A stretch of DNA of 64,000 nucleotides from an uncultured Nitrospiraceae bacterium (GCA_963846575.1 CAWJWJ010000001.1:1-64000); one strand, 5' to 3'. Shown: positions 38,102-48,717, numbered from the stretch's first letter. Numbers and translations: made by a program. Notes: a model not told the origin generated them from the sequence alone.

Positions 38102-39544
38102 TTATTTGGCAAGGAGGAGAATCACGCCGATCATCGCCGCCATCCAATAACTCTTCGGGTCTCGAACGGCAAACACGACCGGGTCATCGTCCATCTGGTT
38201 CCGATAGGCCAGCATCCAGATCCGACTGATCCAATACAGCATCACCGGGCAAATCAGCCACAGCAGTTCTGAATGGGAATACAGCAGCAAGACCTCTCTG
38301 CTGCTGATGTAGAGTGCCAGGACCAGCACGGCCAGCAGGCCGCTCGCCGAGCCGATGCTCGAAATATGTTCCACATCCGTCACCCAATAGCCTCGTCCAT
38401 GCAACCCCTTGCCCTCGACCTGGCTCATGAGGCGAAGTTCGGTAAATCGTTTAACAAGCGCCAGGCTGAGGAAGAGAAACAACGAAAATGTCAGTAACCA
38501 ATGCGATGGCACCACCCCGGCTGCGGCGCCGCCCCCATAAACCCGCACCGTATAGAGCTGCGCCAACACGATCACGTCCAGCATCACGAACTGCTTGAGA
38601 TAAAACGAGTAACCCGTTGTCAGAGCCAGATACCCGGCCAATACCAGTAGAAATATCGGTGGAAGCAAGAAGGCCAGAATGACTCCTGCGAGGAGGCAGC
38701 CCAGGGCCAGTAGCATCCCGGAGGGAATCGAAAGGCGTCCAGAGGCAAAGGGACGATTCTTTTTTCGTGGATGCCGGCGATCGGAAGTCAGGTCAAGGCA
38801 ATCATTGAGAATATAGACTGAGGACGCCGAAAAACTGAAGGACAAGAACGCCAAGCCGGCCTGGAGCAGCAGCCGCTTGTCTGTGATTTGATGTGATGCC
38901 ACGACCGGAATGAACACCAGCACATTCTTGGCCCATTGATGTACACGCAAGGCCTTAGCCAGAGTTTTCAACCAGCTTACCGGCTCGCTGAAAACCCGGC
39001 TGACCGTGGTCATTGCTTGCGCGCGAGTGACCAACCCCGGAGAGCCGTTGACGACAATCGCCTCATCGGCCTGCGCCCAGACCGGCAGGTCGGCAGTGGA
39101 ATTTCCCGCATAGGCAAAACGGCGCACGCCATAGCGCTCCACCAGCAGGGCCAGCTTTCGGGCACCCTTCAGATTTACTCTGCCATCGCTGCCATAGGCC
39201 CGGTCATCAAAAAATCCCAGGTGATCCGCGACCGCGCGTGCGAATGTCACATCACTGGCAGTGGCCAATACGAGCTCTCGGCCGGACTCGCGCTCCTTGG
39301 ATAGAAACTCCACCAGATCCTGCTGATAGGGAAGGGTCGTAACGTCCAGCGTCACCCGGCGAGCGATTTCGTGTTTGAGGCGGGCCTTTCCCTTGAACAA
39401 CCAGAAAGGAAGCTTGAAGATCGAGAGCGGGCTCTGCTTGAGAAGAGCCAGCAGAGATTCCCACAGCAGGTCAGTCTTGATGAGTGTCCCATCAAGATCG
39501 ACGCAAAGCGGACTTTTGCCGGACAAATCCTCACGCGTGGGCAT
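38102..39544 (-). CDS. UbiA family prenyltransferase with an N-terminal HAD-like domain
   Basis: VDLDGTL; RVHQWAKN, YILNDCLD..DRRHPRKKNRPFASG, MDDDPV. Confidence 0.88.
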   Translation of the reverse strand: MPTREDLSGKSPLCVDLDGTLIKTDLLWESLLALLKQSPLSIFKLPFWLFKGKARLKHEIARRVTLDVTTLPYQQDLVEFLSKERESGRELVLATASDVTFARAVADHLGFFDDRAYGSDGRVNLKGARKLALLVERYGVRRFAYAGNSTADLPVWAQADEAIVVNGSPGLVTRAQAMTTVSRVFSEPVSWLKTLAKALRVHQWAKNVLVFIPVVASHQITDKRLLLQAGLAFLSFSFSASSVYILNDCLDLTSDRRHPRKKNRPFASGRLSIPSGMLLALGCLLAGVILAFLLPPIFLLVLAGYLALTTGYSFYLKQFVMLDVIVLAQLYTVRVYGGGAAAGVVPSHWLLTFSLFLFLSLALVKRFTELRLMSQVEGKGLHGRGYWVTDVEHISSIGSASGLLAVLVLALYISSREVLLLYSHSELLWLICPVMLYWISRIWMLAYRNQMDDDPVVFAVRDPKSYWMAAMIGVILLLAK

Positions 39545-39656
39545 AAGGCAGGATTCTATCGGCAAGAACCAAACGGCGCAAGAAATTCGTGCCATTCCAG
39601 GGCGCAGGCCTGGACATCCAGCGATGGGCGGGATTCAGTCGTGAGGCGACGGACAG

Positions 39657-39983
39657 CTATTCGGCGCCGAAGGCCTTCTTCAGCAGAGGCACTACTTCAC
39701 CCTTGGCTTCCATCGGATCCAGGATGTCGGTATCGCCGTAGAACTGTCCATCGATAAAGACCTTGGGAAGAGTCGGCCAATTCGTCAACTTGGTCAACGC
39801 ATCGCGTTTGGCCGGCTGCGACAGCACGTCGATGAGTTCGTACGGATATCCGTACTTTTCAAAGAATTGCATGGTCTCCCGGGTGAAACCACACATCGGC
39901 ATCGTTTTCGTGCCCTTGCCATAGATCAGAATCTTGTTCGCCTTGATTTCTTTTTGAATTTCTTCATCGATTGGATTGGACAT
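39657..39983 (-). CDS. Monothiol glutaredoxin (Grx4-like)
   Basis: KGTKTMPMCGFT, NWPTLP. Confidence 0.9.
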   Translation of the reverse strand: MSNPIDEEIQKEIKANKILIYGKGTKTMPMCGFTRETMQFFEKYGYPYELIDVLSQPAKRDALTKLTNWPTLPKVFIDGQFYGDTDILDPMEAKGEVVPLLKKAFGAE

Positions 39984-39993
39984 ATATCTCTCC

Positions 39994-40239
39994 CTATTGC
40001 CCGGCCTCAGCCTTAGTCTTGGCCGAAATTTCCAGGGCATGAATCCGACCGTCTTTCATTGGAACTGCTAATGCCTGGTACACCATGCGATGACGGTCAA
40101 GAAGATTCTTGTCTAAGAACCCGTCCGAGGTCACCCGCACGATCAGGTGATCTTGCGTGCCGGTCTTGTCGATCACGGTCACCAGGGCGTCAGGAAACAT
40201 TTGGCGTATGAAGGTCGTCACGGCTTCAGAGCTGATCAT
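39994..40239 (-). CDS. BolA family protein
   Basis: RHRMVYQAL..IHALEI; adjacent to Grx4. Confidence 0.9.
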   Translation of the reverse strand: MISSEAVTTFIRQMFPDALVTVIDKTGTQDHLIVRVTSDGFLDKNLLDRHRMVYQALAVPMKDGRIHALEISAKTKAEAGQ

Positions 40240-40752
40240 CGTTCCGAAGAATAACGCATCTGTCGAGTCGAAGGCAATTCTGAACCACTGCGATCCACGG
40301 GACAAACAACAATTTTTTAAGCAGGACTTCGAACTGGTGCGACCGGACTCGCGCTAAGCTGCCCCGGCAAGGGTTGGGAGATTGACCGCAAGGCTCACAT
40401 TCGGAGGTCATGGCGTGGACACGCACCGGCAGATCGAATCAAACGCCCGTGATTGGAGTGGTTATCCCATTGCGCCAAACATCCTCGGCGGCGTGATCCA
40501 ATCGCATGACTTGGAGAACGTCCTATTGTCACGGTTTATGTCTTCGCGGAGAGGGCTGGCCTTGTGATCGGTCCCGTTCAGATCTCCCCGTCCACCACCG
40601 CTCAACCCTGCACTGCTGAGAGTTTCTGAGTTTCGAAACCATTCGGTGGTGTATTTCACCATCTCTGGTGGTTACCAACCACCGACGCCGTATCCGGCAA
40701 TTGACCCTAATCATAACGGACTGACATTAGGGCACTTTTTACCTGTCGTCAG

Positions 40753-40768
40753 TGGCACGGCTGTTGCT
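40753..40768 (+). promoter_or_regulatory. sigma-54 (-24/-12) promoter
   Basis: TGGCACG-GCTG-TTGCT, a full consensus match ~60 nt before the response regulator. Confidence 0.8.
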
Positions 40769-40829
40769 GCTCTTCAAAAGCAAGAGGGAACGAGCAAGCA
40801 AAATCCTTACAACCACCAAGGAGGGTACC

Positions 40830-41264
40830 ATGGGAGAATTCAAATCTGGCTTCTTCATGAGCGATTCAGCCTGCAATGGTCGCGTGCTTGTCGTAGACGA
40901 TGAGCCGGACATTCGCAAAGTTGTCCGAATGACCCTGCAGAAAGCGGGATACGAAGTGATCGAAGCCGAGAATGGCGAGAAAGCCATTGAGGCCATCAAC
41001 ACGGGCGAAAATCGGCTGTTGCTGGATGTGCTCGTGTGCGACATCCGCATGCCGAAGATCAACGGTGTCGAAGCCATTGCCTACTTCCAACAGGAATGGC
41101 CACGCGTGCCAATCATCGTCCTGACCGGCTTTCCGGATACGGACATGGCGACTTCGTTTTTGCGCAGCGGTGTCGTTGATTATCTGGTCAAGCCGGTCGA
41201 AGGGGAAAAGCTGCGCACCGCGGTGGCCAGAGCGATGGAACAGCGGGAACTGGCTCGACTCTAG
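40830..41264 (+). CDS. Single-domain response regulator
   Basis: VLVVDDE, DIRMP, LTG, YLVKP; AAGGAGG RBS. Confidence 0.92.
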   Translation: MGEFKSGFFMSDSACNGRVLVVDDEPDIRKVVRMTLQKAGYEVIEAENGEKAIEAINTGENRLLLDVLVCDIRMPKINGVEAIAYFQQEWPRVPIIVLTGFPDTDMATSFLRSGVVDYLVKPVEGEKLRTAVARAMEQRELARL

Positions 41265-41409
41265 CCGCACTTGATGCCCGCACGCACTGCCTCCTCGAAT
41301 CCGGGAAGGTCACCCAGACCTTCCCGGAACAATGGGAGGTCGGGAACGTCGGCATTTGTAGAAGAGGCTCGTCTGCGCCGATTTCTCTACTGGGTCATGG
41401 ATCAGGACT

Positions 41410-42459
41410 ATGAACAATACCCGGACTAAAATCGCCATCGTCGGTGCAGGGAAAGGCGGTGTCGCCCTCTTGGAGCTGCTCCACCAAATACCGGACGTCG
41501 AAATCATCGGCATTACCGATAAGGATCCCGACGCCGTGGGGCTCAAGCGGGCACGGGATTTAAACGTGCGGATTGCCGATGAGGTGGAGGACCTGGTCCA
41601 GAACCACGGAGTCAATCTGATCATGGACGTCACGGGCGATCCCTCCATGGGGTCCTCCATTGATACCATGAAGCGGCCGGGCTCGGAGGTGCTGAGTGGG
41701 GCGACGACGCGATTGTTATGGAATCTTGTGCAACACCAATCGAAATTGGAGGCCGAACTGTTTCAAGCCGACAAATTGGCCGGCCTGGGTTCCTTCGCAG
41801 CCGGCATTGCGCACGACATGAATAATCCCTTGCAACTGATCCTCGGCCTCGCCGAGAACCTCATCGACGAGCAGAATTTGGAGGTCGTCCACGAACAGGC
41901 CCGCGACATCACCGAGGCCGTCAAGCGTACCAGTGCCATCTGCCGCGATCTAACCAGTTATGCCAGGCGTAACGGCACCAGCGAAGCCGTCATGGTGGAC
42001 CTCAACCTGAAAATGGACGAGGCGCTGAAAATCGCCCGTTATGCGGTCACGCTGCAGGACATTACGGTCGTCAAGGATTACGCGGCGGAGGCCGCCGTGA
42101 TCGGAAACCCGGATGAACTACTCCACGTGTTCGTCAATTTAATCACGAATGCCGTCCAGGCTATTACGCATCGAGGGACCTTGACCCTCCGCACCGGCGT
42201 CGGCCAGGAAGGCGGGGTCATCGCCTCCGTCAGCGATACGGGTTGCGGAATCCCCAAAGAAGATCTGTCCAAAATCTTTGAACCGTTATACACCACCAAA
42301 CCACCGGGAAAAGGCACCGGGCTGGGATTGTACAATGTGATGTCGGTGATCTCGAAAATGGAAGGTCACATTTGCGTCGAAAGCGACGTCGGCGTCGGCA
42401 CGACCTTCCGCATCGAGTTTCCCCAAGTCCAGTTGACGATGCCGGGCGCGGCCATATGA
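41410..42459 (+). CDS. Cytoplasmic histidine kinase with an N-terminal Rossmann-like domain
   Basis: IAIVGAGKGG; AHDMNNPL, NAVQA, TTKPPGKGTGLGL; no TM segment. Confidence 0.88.
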   Translation: MNNTRTKIAIVGAGKGGVALLELLHQIPDVEIIGITDKDPDAVGLKRARDLNVRIADEVEDLVQNHGVNLIMDVTGDPSMGSSIDTMKRPGSEVLSGATTRLLWNLVQHQSKLEAELFQADKLAGLGSFAAGIAHDMNNPLQLILGLAENLIDEQNLEVVHEQARDITEAVKRTSAICRDLTSYARRNGTSEAVMVDLNLKMDEALKIARYAVTLQDITVVKDYAAEAAVIGNPDELLHVFVNLITNAVQAITHRGTLTLRTGVGQEGGVIASVSDTGCGIPKEDLSKIFEPLYTTKPPGKGTGLGLYNVMSVISKMEGHICVESDVGVGTTFRIEFPQVQLTMPGAAI

Positions 42460-44936
42460 CCATCACCTCGCTCCCGTTTTCAAAAGCCCTTGGGTGGGGA
42501 CTCAAGCGCAAATTGATTGTGTCCATGCTGTTGGTCGGCGTAGTCCCGCTTTTGCTCGGTCTCAGCATGGCCTTCCTGCAAGGGTCGAAGGAAATCCAAG
42601 TAGTCAGTGGCGAAAGTTTTCAGGCCTTGGCCACTGAAGCCGCTCGAAAATTGGATTTGCTAGTCGCGGAGGAGGTGGCCAGGACCTCACGGATCGCCAT
42701 CCATCCGGACATTGTGCGAGAGCTAGAACATCGTCGTGACGTCCTGCATACGCCGGAGAAGACGCCGGCGCATCTCGCCCTCACCCAGATGAAGACGCAT
42801 TGGGATGCGCGCGAGCCCGCGGCGTTGAAGGCGCTCACGGAGAATCCCACTGCCGTGCTCCTACGCGGATTCTATGCGGGCGCCCAGAATGAATCCGACC
42901 TGCTGCTGCCCCAAGTCGTGCGCGCCGCCACCAAGAAATTGTTCATCACGGACGTACAAGGGAATCTCTTCGCGGCCTTAACCGCAAAACCCGCTTCCAC
43001 ACATGCCGAGAGCCATTGGTGGCAAGGCGCCTACAACAAGGGAGTCGGCCAACTCTACATCGAGGACCTTCATTTCGATGATCAGGTCAATACCTATGTG
43101 GTCAGCCTGTCGCTTCCCATCATGGACAGCCTCCGGTACGAAGTGGTTGGCGTCCTCCATCGGGTGATCGATGCCAAGGAATTTTTCTCTCCCGCCACCC
43201 ATCCCATTCGATTCGGCAAGACCGGGCATGTCATGTTGATCGACAGCCGGGGAACGGTTCTCAGTTGTCCCATCCTCCCGACCGGCGTGAGGTTGTCAGA
43301 CCCCGCGCTCATCCCCCATGTGACGGTACGCGAGCCGGGCTGGGTCACAGCCGACAGCGACGGACACGGCGGCAGCGGAACCGCTATCATCGGATTTGCT
43401 CCCCTTCCCGAAACCAGCCGCGCCACGAACGGCGCTCTCGACAAGGGAGCATGGCATACATTCGTCTGGCAGTCGTCCGACGAGCTCTTCGCGCCGATCC
43501 GCCATCTCATGCTGTGGATGGGTATCCTGGCTCTCGTGGCGCTCGGCCTACTCGCCACGCTGGGGTATTTCGCGGCCAGCCGGATTGTGACGCCGGTCCG
43601 CAGACTGCAAGAAGCGGCCCGGCTCATCGGACGGGGAGAGTTGCACGAGCCGATACAGATTCGCACGGGCGATGAACTGGAGGAACTCGCGGTGGAGTTC
43701 AACCGGATGCATACTCAACTCGAAGCCGCCTTTGCCGGGTTGAATACGCAGGTCGAAGAAAAAACGCAGGAAGTTCAATATCTGCAGAAATCGACCGATC
43801 AGGTCCTCGACGCCGTCCCCACTCCGATCATCATGATCGATCAACAGGACCGCATCCAATATATGAACCGGGCATCGCGGGAGGCCCTCAACACAAGCGA
43901 GGATGGTTGGTTGACGCGCCCTCTCTTCGACCTGCTGCCGATCGACCAGGAACACCTCGACGCTCTACGGCACCAGCTGCGCGCCGTGGAGGATGGCGTC
44001 TCCACTGGCACCTCTCTTCCTGACCGGGAACAGGCAGTCCCGGTCGCTCGCGATCCCCTGAACCCAACCATCGCCCAGGCAGCGGCTTCAAGCCGTCGTG
44101 AAGTGTCCATCGGCCCGCATCTGTACCACTATGAGTGGTTCCCTCTGGAAACCCGTATCGGAGCCGACAAGCGATTCGGACTTGTGCTCCGCGACACGAC
44201 CGATGAGAGCCGGTTGCAGGATCAGCTGATTCAAGCGGAGAAATCCGGCAGTCTCGACGTGTTGACCGCCGGCATCGGACATGAGCTCAACAATCCACTC
44301 TTCGGTATTCTTGGTCTCGGTGAGGCGATTCAGGAAGAGGGCGATCTGGCGCGCGCCAAGGGCTACGCACAGGACATCATCGGTCACGGCCGTAAGATGG
44401 CAGCCATCATTCGAGACTTCACCGGAGTGGCAACGCGTGAATCAAAGAGCCAGCGGATACCAGTGGACGTCACGGCGCAATTGGAGCAAGCGCTGGCAAT
44501 TGTGCAAACGTCGCACGATTGCCTGGGGCTGAACGTTCAGAAACATTATGTCCCGCTCCCCCCTGTGACGGCGCTGCCGGACCAACTCCGGCTGGCCTTT
44601 ATCAACATTCTCACGAATGCCATCCAGGCCATGGGCGGACGGGGCGATTTATGGTTGAGCACAGAAGAACAAGGCGGGGTGGTCACCATTAAAATCCGCG
44701 ATAACGGGCCAGGCATTCCCAAGCAGCATCTCGGGAAGGTCTTCGACCCGTTTTTTACGACCAAAGGCCAGGGAGAAGGCTCCGGACTCGGTCTCACCGT
44801 GGCACAACGACTCATCAAGAAATTCGGCGGCGACATCCGGCTTGAGTGTCCGGAGGGCAAAGGCACGACCTGTGTGATGACCCTGCCGGCGGACAAGGCC
44901 GGTGTGCGAAAGGAGGAGCCATGCGTTCCATCCTGA
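42456..44936 (+). CDS. Membrane histidine kinase (Cache-HAMP-PAS-HisKA-HATPase)
   Basis: Two TM segments, HAMP (PVRRL..GDELEELA..FN), GHELNNPL, FTTKGQGEGSGLGL. Confidence 0.9.
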   Translation: MTITSLPFSKALGWGLKRKLIVSMLLVGVVPLLLGLSMAFLQGSKEIQVVSGESFQALATEAARKLDLLVAEEVARTSRIAIHPDIVRELEHRRDVLHTPEKTPAHLALTQMKTHWDAREPAALKALTENPTAVLLRGFYAGAQNESDLLLPQVVRAATKKLFITDVQGNLFAALTAKPASTHAESHWWQGAYNKGVGQLYIEDLHFDDQVNTYVVSLSLPIMDSLRYEVVGVLHRVIDAKEFFSPATHPIRFGKTGHVMLIDSRGTVLSCPILPTGVRLSDPALIPHVTVREPGWVTADSDGHGGSGTAIIGFAPLPETSRATNGALDKGAWHTFVWQSSDELFAPIRHLMLWMGILALVALGLLATLGYFAASRIVTPVRRLQEAARLIGRGELHEPIQIRTGDELEELAVEFNRMHTQLEAAFAGLNTQVEEKTQEVQYLQKSTDQVLDAVPTPIIMIDQQDRIQYMNRASREALNTSEDGWLTRPLFDLLPIDQEHLDALRHQLRAVEDGVSTGTSLPDREQAVPVARDPLNPTIAQAAASSRREVSIGPHLYHYEWFPLETRIGADKRFGLVLRDTTDESRLQDQLIQAEKSGSLDVLTAGIGHELNNPLFGILGLGEAIQEEGDLARAKGYAQDIIGHGRKMAAIIRDFTGVATRESKSQRIPVDVTAQLEQALAIVQTSHDCLGLNVQKHYVPLPPVTALPDQLRLAFINILTNAIQAMGGRGDLWLSTEEQGGVVTIKIRDNGPGIPKQHLGKVFDPFFTTKGQGEGSGLGLTVAQRLIKKFGGDIRLECPEGKGTTCVMTLPADKAGVRKEEPCVPS

Positions 44937-45514
44937 CAATCGTCCGGTCACGCCCACTCTGGTGTGCGTTGATTCTAGCCTGTGCCTCAACCTATTCCCT
45001 GCAGGCGAAGGATGTCCCGCCGCCTCCAATGATTGCCCCCGAAAAAGTCGCGGACTACGTACATGCCGTACTCGATGCCGACCGCACGATCTACACGAAC
45101 CAGGTCGTGAACCGGATGCAGGCCAAAGGCATTGTGTCCGCCGCGGAACATTGGGAACACGAAAATGCCTTGCCCTTGCCCGCGCAATTTCTCCAGCACT
45201 CGGGAAAACTGGTGGCTGAATCCGGCCGAGGCATTCGCTACCGGCTCATCAGCCTCTGGCCGGTGTACCAGCGGAACGCTCCCGCCACTGCACTGGAACG
45301 ACAAGCGCTCGAAAGTTTTGCCAAAACGCCGGATCGGCCCTTCACCGGCATTGTGTCGAGCGGCCGCAAACAATACTTTCAGGCCATCTATGCAGACCGT
45401 GCAATTTCCAACGCCTGCGTCAAATGTCACAATAGTCATCCCCTCAGCCCGAAACGAGACTTTGCGCTTAACGATGTGATGGGCGGGATGACGATTACCA
45501 TCCCCTTGGACTGA
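44921..45514 (+). CDS. DUF3365/Tll0287-like periplasmic heme c protein
   Basis: Signal peptide, LPLPAQF, YRLISLWP..NAP, CVKCH, DVMGG. Confidence 0.8.
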   Translation: MRSILTIVRSRPLWCALILACASTYSLQAKDVPPPPMIAPEKVADYVHAVLDADRTIYTNQVVNRMQAKGIVSAAEHWEHENALPLPAQFLQHSGKLVAESGRGIRYRLISLWPVYQRNAPATALERQALESFAKTPDRPFTGIVSSGRKQYFQAIYADRAISNACVKCHNSHPLSPKRDFALNDVMGGMTITIPLD

Positions 45515-45768
45515 GCCAGGCGCCTTGCCGTTACAGGGCGACCGTCCGCGCAAGGAGGATGACGGTTAGTCTCAGCAGACTCCTCACACCTTTCTTCCCG
45601 TTCTAGCCAGATCCTTCGCAGGGTTGCCTGACTTCATGCACCAGAGGAGTCGGAACGGAGTCTGCTCCTAGCCGGGAGCAGGAAACTGCCCGGCGAACGG
45701 CTCGCCGGGCAGAAGCCACGTTCAAGAAGGGCAGATGTCGGAGAGACGATGGGATGAAAGAGGCAGGA

Positions 45769-46209
45769 TCAGGCGTTTTCGCCGAGCGCTGCGAGGACCT
45801 TGGGGCGCTGGGCGGAAAGCTCCCGCACGTTGCCCGGAAGTTTCTGCGTCTCATCCCCCCACGAGGCGACACCCATGTCCGACAGCCCTTGGAACTTTGC
45901 GCCATCCTCCATGGAAAACGACGGCGCATGGACCTCGCCGACGAGGATGCCGGTTTTCAACAGCTGCAGGCGCTCGGTTGCGGTCACAGTCGCCTTGATC
46001 CTTCCACTACTGATGATCGTCCCGGCATGGATCGTCCCCTGCACCACGCCGTCTTCGCCGATGACGACGGTGCCGGTGGTGTGCAGATCGCCCTCGAGTC
46101 GGCCATCGATACGAACCGTGCCCTCCACCCGTATTTCACCTCTGAGCAAGACGCCTTTGGCCAACAGAGTGATATTGTCGCTCTCCGCAAAACCGGACTT
46201 CTTCATCAT
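45769..46209 (-). CDS. Bactofilin (polymer-forming cytoskeletal protein)
   Basis: Beta-helix pattern TLLAKG..GEI..VRIDGRLEGDL..IGEDGVVQG..MEDGAKFQG. Confidence 0.9.
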   Translation of the reverse strand: MMKKSGFAESDNITLLAKGVLLRGEIRVEGTVRIDGRLEGDLHTTGTVVIGEDGVVQGTIHAGTIISSGRIKATVTATERLQLLKTGILVGEVHAPSFSMEDGAKFQGLSDMGVASWGDETQKLPGNVRELSAQRPKVLAALGENA

Positions 46210-46296
46210 TGCAAGCTCCTTGTCGTAGACAGTGACGGAAGAACTGAAGGACCATCCCAACATGAAAGCGAGCCTACACCAGGATTTTGATCGCAT

Positions 46297-48594
46297 CTAG
46301 GAAAAACCAAAACTGCGCTTCAACCGTTCCCAAAATCCGCTGCCATGCACCTCGCAATACACCGCGGGCTCCGTGCCTTCAATAAACAGCTCCGATACTC
46401 GTTGCGGACAGCGCGAGGTAGCCAATTGCGCGGTCTTGGGATCGATGTCGCGTGTCAGCACGGCCGGAGGCACCGCCACCGCGCGCGGGGAGGCCGGCAG
46501 GATCTCGCGCATGAATTCCACCCACATGGGGAGCGCCGCTTGCGCCCCCGTCAGATGCAGCGCCGCCTCCTCATCGAAGCCCACCCACACGCCGACGACG
46601 ACGTCAGGCGTATATCCGACGAACCAGGCATCGCGGTAGCCGTCAGTCGTACCGGTCTTTCCCGCCACGCTGCCACGGAGGCCCATCGCCCTCGCTTTCG
46701 ACGCCGTGCCGCGCTCGACCACGCCGGTGAGCATCGACGTCATGACAAACGCAGCCTGCGGGGAGACCGCCTGATGCCGTTCGGGCGTGTGACGCCAGGC
46801 CGGGTCTCCTTCCGGCGTCATCACAGCCTGTGCCGCCGTCGGTGCCACAAAAACACCTTCGTAGGCCAGGGCGCCGAAGGCCGCGGTTATTTCCAGGAGC
46901 GAGACGCCGGAAGTGCCCAGGGCAATGGAGAGATTGTCCGCTAGAACACTACGAATACCGAGACGCTTGGCCAGTTGTAAGATTCGCTTCGTACCAACCG
47001 TCTGCGCCACCTTGACCGCAGGCACGTTCAATGACTGTTCCAAGGCGGTCCGTAACGAGACGGTGCCATGAAACTTATGGTCGTAGTTCTGAGGTTGCCA
47101 GAGCCGGGCGCCGGATTCAAACGTGACCGGTTCATCGACAATCAGCGTGGCGGCCGTGATCGGCTGCCCGTCGGCCAGTTCACGCCCCGCGTCCAATGCC
47201 GCGAGATACACCAACGGCTTGAACAATGATCCCGGCTGCCGCTTCGCTTGCACCGCCCGGTTGAACTGGCTGGCTCGATAGTCCCGGCTGCCCACCATGG
47301 CCAGGATGGCTCCGGTTGCAGGATCGAGGGCGACCATGGCGCCCTGTACCACATCGCCGTGGCCGGCCAAGGCCGGATAGGCCGTTTCAAGTTTCACAAG
47401 ACCGCTGCTTAGCATCTGCGTGGCCAGACGCTGCAAGATGGGGTCGAGCGTCGTATAGACCCGGACTCCATCCGGCAACGGAGCGCCCGTCGTCTCCTCC
47501 ATTTGCCGCAGCAGATAATCGACAAAGAAGGGAGCGTCAGCCAACGTGTCTTGAAGCGGTACGACCTTGACCGGCGCCACGGTACCCTGCTGCCATTCCT
47601 GGTCGGTCACCAAGCCCTGGTCGTGCAGTCGTCCCAGGACGACATCGCGACGCTGTTTGGCGAGGGCGGGATTTCGAATGGGTGAATAGGTATTGGGCCC
47701 CTTGATCATGCCGACCAGAAGGGTCGTTTCCCCGAGAGTGAGCGCATCCATGCGTTTGCCGAAATACCGGTGAGCAGCCTCGCCCACCCCATAGATTGAG
47801 ACGGACCCCACCTGGCCGAGATAAATTTCGTTCACATAACTCTCGAGGATCGCTTTCTTCGGATATTTCGCCTCCAGGACCAACGCCGCGATGGACTCTT
47901 TGAGCTTTCTGCCGAAGGTGCGTTGCGGTGAATAAAAGAGATTCTTGGCCAATTGCTGCGTAATGGTGCTGCCGCCCTGAATGACCGTGCCGCGAACGGC
48001 GTTCGTCCACACCGCCCGGGCGACGGCGACGGGATCGAGCCCCGGATGGCTGAAGAACCGCCGGTCTTCGATCGCAAGCAATACATCGATAAATCGGGCG
48101 GGCATGTCGTCATACGGCACCCATTCCCGAACCTGGCGGGAGGCGCCGCGCAGGCCACTGACCAACTGCGGCTCCAGATAGGCGGGAAACAGCTCGTCAC
48201 CATGCTCGATCGAAAGAACTTTGACCACCCTCCCTCGATCGAGCACCAGCCGGGTCGGGATCGGCCTCAGATGCAGATCGGCGAACTCATGCAGATAAAT
48301 GTCGATTTCCTGAGGCGTGGCGCGGTAGTCACCGGGCAGGCGCACCGCGGTATCGACGGCGCGATATCCGAGTTGGTTGAGGCGTTCGAGAAGATGCGAC
48401 GCAGCGATGTCCAGGTCCGGCTTCAGAAGAAACGGCGCGCCGTAAATGAGGCGAGGGGGATGGTCGTCGCCGGTGGGCAGTGCCAGGCTGGCCGACAAGT
48501 AGAGGCCATAGGCCAATGCCATCCCCCCCACCAGGGCGACGACACCGATTAAGCCGAAAACTGCACGTACAACCCAGCGTCTGCCGAACGTCAC
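46297..48594 (-). CDS. mrcB: Class A penicillin-binding protein (PBP1B-like); start approximate
   Basis: UB2H-like region, EDRRFFSH, GGSTITQQLAKN, RQPGSLFKP (SxxK), SLN, KTGT. Confidence 0.88.
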   Translation of the reverse strand: MTFGRRWVVRAVFGLIGVVALVGGMALAYGLYLSASLALPTGDDHPPRLIYGAPFLLKPDLDIAASHLLERLNQLGYRAVDTAVRLPGDYRATPQEIDIYLHEFADLHLRPIPTRLVLDRGRVVKVLSIEHGDELFPAYLEPQLVSGLRGASRQVREWVPYDDMPARFIDVLLAIEDRRFFSHPGLDPVAVARAVWTNAVRGTVIQGGSTITQQLAKNLFYSPQRTFGRKLKESIAALVLEAKYPKKAILESYVNEIYLGQVGSVSIYGVGEAAHRYFGKRMDALTLGETTLLVGMIKGPNTYSPIRNPALAKQRRDVVLGRLHDQGLVTDQEWQQGTVAPVKVVPLQDTLADAPFFVDYLLRQMEETTGAPLPDGVRVYTTLDPILQRLATQMLSSGLVKLETAYPALAGHGDVVQGAMVALDPATGAILAMVGSRDYRASQFNRAVQAKRQPGSLFKPLVYLAALDAGRELADGQPITAATLIVDEPVTFESGARLWQPQNYDHKFHGTVSLRTALEQSLNVPAVKVAQTVGTKRILQLAKRLGIRSVLADNLSIALGTSGVSLLEITAAFGALAYEGVFVAPTAAQAVMTPEGDPAWRHTPERHQAVSPQAAFVMTSMLTGVVERGTASKARAMGLRGSVAGKTGTTDGYRDAWFVGYTPDVVVGVWVGFDEEAALHLTGAQAALPMWVEFMREILPASPRAVAVPPAVLTRDIDPKTAQLATSRCPQRVSELFIEGTEPAVYCEVHGSGFWERLKRSFGFS

Positions 48595-48717
48595 TCCCGC
48601 ATCCCCATATCCGCGAGCATACGCGATCCGGGAAACGAAATCACATGTGTCTACCACGCCCGACGCAGAAGAAAGCAGGTCTCTCGACCTTGACAAAACC
48701 TCTCCTGTCATCTTAGA

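Noticed and set aside
45590..45650. c-di-GMP-I riboswitch or SRP RNA resemblance (GGCAACC..CGAAGG on the minus strand)
   Set aside because: Key conserved elements are missing and no gene lies downstream in a suitable orientation
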